Positions 36,766-40,111 of a stretch of DNA of 40,111 bases are shown in pieces; position 1 is the first letter of the stretch, and each line of letters starts with the position of its first letter. Under the pieces are notes generated by a model. That model was not told the DNA's origin. It did not search any database and was given only the letters and a program-made list of their open reading frames with translations. Source of the stretch: Occultella glacieicola (GTDB lineage Bacteria > Actinomycetota > Actinomycetes > Actinomycetales > Beutenbergiaceae); contig NZ_SMNA01000021.1 in NCBI RefSeq assembly GCF_004353825.1, positions 1-40,111 of the forward strand, written 5' to 3'. The position numbers and the translations under genes are program-made.

Positions 36766-39728
36766 GAGAAAACTTGGGTCGGTGGATCGCAGATGCGGAG
36801 ACACAGCAGACGATTGTGGACTTCCGGTTGTCGGCCCACCTGGGACAACTTGAATACCTCGACAATCGCACGACGGACCTGTACTACTCTCTGGTCGGCG
36901 AGCTGTTCGACATGGTGCGTGCCGGGGGCGGGGAGCCGCTGGATTGGGCATCGCTCGGTCGTGCACTTGAGACGGTGAGCCGGGATCTGCGGGACGGTGC
37001 TCGTGCGGATGCGTTGTTCTTTGCGGCGGTTGCGTTCTATCAGGGCGGCTATCCTGCCTCGGCGGTGATGACGATGCGACTCGCCGATCCGCAGTTCTGG
37101 GAGGTCGATGCCCAGCGGGCGGCGTACGAGCTCCTCACTCGGTCTGCGAATCCTGTTTCTTTCTCGACGCAGGTGCTGGTCGACGCGGTCCGAGCCGGGA
37201 ACACGAGCATTGTCGACGAGGTGGTTGTCGCCGCGCAGGAGGAAGCGGGTCGCGCGCTGGATGTTGGTCCTGACGAGTGGGTCGCCCATCGCCTGTATGC
37301 GGTTCTGGTTGAGCGCTTCCAACGCACGAACCTTCGCGCGGTTCTCCCCGACGGGGCGACGCGGCGGTGGGATCCTCTGGTGGAGTCGTTCCTAGACCGC
37401 ACGCAGCCGGTGTGGGACTTCTTCCCGTCGCAGATGGAAGCCATCGATGCGGGACTGCTGACGAGTTCTGAGTCCTACTCATTGCAGATGCCGACGGGAG
37501 CAGGCAAGACCGCGCTGACAGAGACGCTCATCTTCGACCATCTGAGCCGCTTCCCAGAGAGCAAGGCGGTGCTGTTGGTTCCGTACCGGGCGTTGGCCCG
37601 TGAGCTGCGCGGCAGTGTCGGCCGGCACCTGACGGCAATGGGGTTACGGTCGCGGACGGTGTACGGCGGAACGGTTCCGGGGATCGAGGAGAGCGACGAT
37701 CTGGAAGAGGTCCGCGTCATCATCGCCACGCCGGAAGCCTTGACGGGGCTCGTCGGCGCTCACCCGGAATTGCTGTCGGAGATCTCGCTGGTCGTCTGTG
37801 ATGAAGGGCACCTTCTCGACAGCGAGTCTCGCGGAGTGGGGCTGGAGCTGCTGCTGGCACGGCTGAAGGCGCGAACCCCGGCCCCGCGGATCGTGTTCGT
37901 GTCAGCGATCGTCCCCAACGTGGAAGAGATCAACACTTGGCTGGGCGGCTCCGACGGTACGGTGGTGCGCAGTGAGTATCGGCCAGCGGTGGCGGAGTTC
38001 GCGGTGCTGCGCCCTTCTGGTTCGGGTCGACAACGCAAGGTCGGACTGGAGCTGCACGAGCCGTCCACCTCGTTACCGTCGCACACATTGCCGGAGTTCC
38101 TGGGCCTGGAGGATTTTCAGTTCACGAACCCGTCGACGGGGCGGCTGAACACCTACGACTACGGTTCCACGAAGACCTTGGCGGTGGCCACAGCACGGAA
38201 GGCGCTGACGTTGGGTCCGGTTGCTGTGTTCGCGACGGAGAAGGGCGGCAACCGGGGCGTTCTGGGCCTTGCCAACGAGCTCCTCAAGCAGATCGCAGCA
38301 GGTCTCGACCTGCCGAAGCCGATGGCTTATGTGACGGACGACGCGGCCGTCGAATCAGCGGTGGCGTATCTGACCGGAGAGTTCGGCGACGACTGGGTGG
38401 GAACGCGGGCACTCCGCGAGGGCGCGATCATTCACCACGGCGACGTGCCACAGGAGACCCGCGAGGTTCTCGAGGAGCTGGTTTCGGACCGGCGTATACC
38501 TATGGTGTTGTGCACGAGCACGTTGGCGGAGGGCGTGAATCTGCCGTTGCGGACGATGGTTCTCTACTCCGTGAAGCGCAGCTCCGACGGAAGCGCACCC
38601 GAGGCAATGCTCGCCCGCGACATCAAGAATCTGGTCGGTCGAGCAGGGCGGGCGGGAAGCTCGACACGCGGGCTGGTGGTCTGCGCGAACCCCGATGACT
38701 GGGCGGTCGTCAGCCCTGTCGCAGAAGGACAGCCCGGTGAACCGGTTGCGGGAGCGTTGATCACCTTGGTACAGAGGTTGGAAGGCGCGCTCGCGCGCCA
38801 GCAACTGCAACTCACCAATCGGGTGCTGGAAGCGAGCCCAGTGCTGTTCTCCCTCGTCGACGGGGTTGATGCGGCGCTAATCGAGCTGATTCGAGACGAG
38901 CTGGGTGCGGAGCAGTTCGTCAGCATCGCCGAAACGCTCGCCGCGGAGACCTTCGCTGCGGCACGGGCCACGGAGCAGGAACGGCAGATGCTGTTCAGTG
39001 TGTTCGAGCTCCGCGCGCAACGCCTTGTCGAGATGCGGGCGTCCGGGCGCCTCTCGCTGGCGCAGGAGACGTCGGCACGACCTCGTCTGGTCGACGCAGT
39101 GCTCGATGGGCTCCTGCCCCGGTATACGGACTGGGAGAGCATTGAGTCACCACTGAACCCTAACCTGGTGCGCCTCGTTGTCGACTGGGCACTCGAGCAG
39201 CCCGGGTTCACCCGGGAAGCGGAGACCGTGTACCGGCGGACGGACGTAACCGACCTCGCTGCATCCCTGTCTGAGCTACTGCTGGCCTGGCTAGAGGGGC
39301 TGCCGTTCACAGCGCTCGCAGCACGCGCAGGAGTCAGCATTGACATGCTGCTGCGCATCCACGCCAAGCTTGTCTTGTTCGACTTGGTGACCCTGGTAGA
39401 GCAAGCAGTGGCCATCCTCCAGCAGCACCTGACGTCGGAGGGCGTCGCTCTCGCCCCAGCGGTCACCTCGTTCCCCGACTTCCTGCGGTTCGGTGTCTCC
39501 ACCGCGGCTGCTCGTGAACTGATGGCCAAGGGTGTCCGACACCGGGCCGCTGCAGTGAAACTTGGCGCGCACTCGGCGATGAGCTCGCCCGGGAACCTCC
39601 TTTCGCTTTCAACCCCGTGGACGATCGCCCGGGACCTTCTCGCGGACACTGACACATGGCTTCCTCGCCTGGGTGATCTGGTCTACCAGCGCACCGTTGC
39701 GGACGTGGCAATCAGGAGGCTCATCTAG
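36762..39728 (+). CDS. hamB: Hachiman HamB-like Ski2/DEAH-box SF2 helicase
   Basis: Q-motif FFPSQ, MPTGAGKT, LVPYRALARE, ATPE, CDEGH, VSA, HHGDVP, TSTLAEGVNLP, NLVGRAGRAG, with helical N- and C-terminal extensions. Confidence 0.82.
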   Translation: MRENLGRWIADAETQQTIVDFRLSAHLGQLEYLDNRTTDLYYSLVGELFDMVRAGGGEPLDWASLGRALETVSRDLRDGARADALFFAAVAFYQGGYPASAVMTMRLADPQFWEVDAQRAAYELLTRSANPVSFSTQVLVDAVRAGNTSIVDEVVVAAQEEAGRALDVGPDEWVAHRLYAVLVERFQRTNLRAVLPDGATRRWDPLVESFLDRTQPVWDFFPSQMEAIDAGLLTSSESYSLQMPTGAGKTALTETLIFDHLSRFPESKAVLLVPYRALARELRGSVGRHLTAMGLRSRTVYGGTVPGIEESDDLEEVRVIIATPEALTGLVGAHPELLSEISLVVCDEGHLLDSESRGVGLELLLARLKARTPAPRIVFVSAIVPNVEEINTWLGGSDGTVVRSEYRPAVAEFAVLRPSGSGRQRKVGLELHEPSTSLPSHTLPEFLGLEDFQFTNPSTGRLNTYDYGSTKTLAVATARKALTLGPVAVFATEKGGNRGVLGLANELLKQIAAGLDLPKPMAYVTDDAAVESAVAYLTGEFGDDWVGTRALREGAIIHHGDVPQETREVLEELVSDRRIPMVLCTSTLAEGVNLPLRTMVLYSVKRSSDGSAPEAMLARDIKNLVGRAGRAGSSTRGLVVCANPDDWAVVSPVAEGQPGEPVAGALITLVQRLEGALARQQLQLTNRVLEASPVLFSLVDGVDAALIELIRDELGAEQFVSIAETLAAETFAAARATEQERQMLFSVFELRAQRLVEMRASGRLSLAQETSARPRLVDAVLDGLLPRYTDWESIESPLNPNLVRLVVDWALEQPGFTREAETVYRRTDVTDLAASLSELLLAWLEGLPFTALAARAGVSIDMLLRIHAKLVLFDLVTLVEQAVAILQQHLTSEGVALAPAVTSFPDFLRFGVSTAAARELMAKGVRHRAAAVKLGAHSAMSSPGNLLSLSTPWTIARDLLADTDTWLPRLGDLVYQRTVADVAIRRLI

Positions 39729-39881
39729 CGGTACTTCTTTCGGAGCTGAAACCCTCCGTCTAGCAACTGTATGGACGCGCACGTGCTCTGAAGCCAACCT
39801 GCTTCTGGAATGATGGCCGTGACTGCTCCGGCCACCAGCTGATCTTTCTCGGAGCGTCGCGATACGTCTGGGCGTCGCCTC

Positions 39882-39992
<111 letters not shown>

Positions 39993-40111
39993 GGGACTGC
40001 TGCACGAGAAGGTGACAGTTCCTAGTCACGCCGCCAGGGCGACGTTGTTGGTCATGATGGTCTCGAATTCGATAGGCGTCAATCGACCGAGCCGGGCCTG
40101 GCGGCGTCGAC
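39993..40111 (-). mobile_element. 3' end of an IS3-family insertion sequence
   Basis: Transposase tail followed by CTGTCACCTTCTCGTGCAGCAGTCCC (minus strand), a plausible terminal inverted repeat that abuts the MTase remnant. Confidence 0.75.
40026..40111 (-). CDS. IS3-family transposase OrfB, C-terminal end (partial)
   Basis: RRRQARLGRLTPIEFETIMTNNVALAA* matches the IS3 OrfB C-terminal R.H/Q..LG..TP..FE pattern. Confidence 0.8.
   Translation of the reverse strand, partial: RRRQARLGRLTPIEFETIMTNNVALAA

Overview
High-GC actinobacterial chromosome segment (Micrococcales-like gene set). From left to right: (1) a phospho-signalling cluster with a Pro-rich/Zn-ribbon/FHA protein (5' end outside the window), a CPA2 cation:H+ antiporter, a short soluble Ser/Thr kinase and a membrane Ser/Thr kinase that appears to carry an emfourin-like (M4 protease inhibitor) domain plus an Fn3 ectodomain; (2) the pentose-phosphate operon tkt-tal-zwf-opcA-pgl with divergent ctaB; (3) the core xerD...parA-like-scpA-scpB-rluB-tyrA-cmk-plsC-like-der region, interrupted by accessory genes (MerR-transglutaminase operon with a visible MerR-type promoter, fold-III PLP enzyme, cytochrome b561, Eis-like GNAT, DUF2332-like, small Rho-N-like protein); (4) a LysR fragment, tspO, a Gfo/Idh/MocA-AKR fusion plus LacI gene with its operator, PIG-L and MpaB-like genes; (5) tRNA-Pro(GGG) and its terminator, followed by a lower-GC decaying island: truncated large serine recombinase, an apparently intact Hachiman (hamA-hamB) anti-phage system, a DNA-methyltransferase remnant with a (GTCAAG)5 repeat, and the 3' end of an IS3-family element. 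All calls come from reading motifs by eye; no database searches were run.
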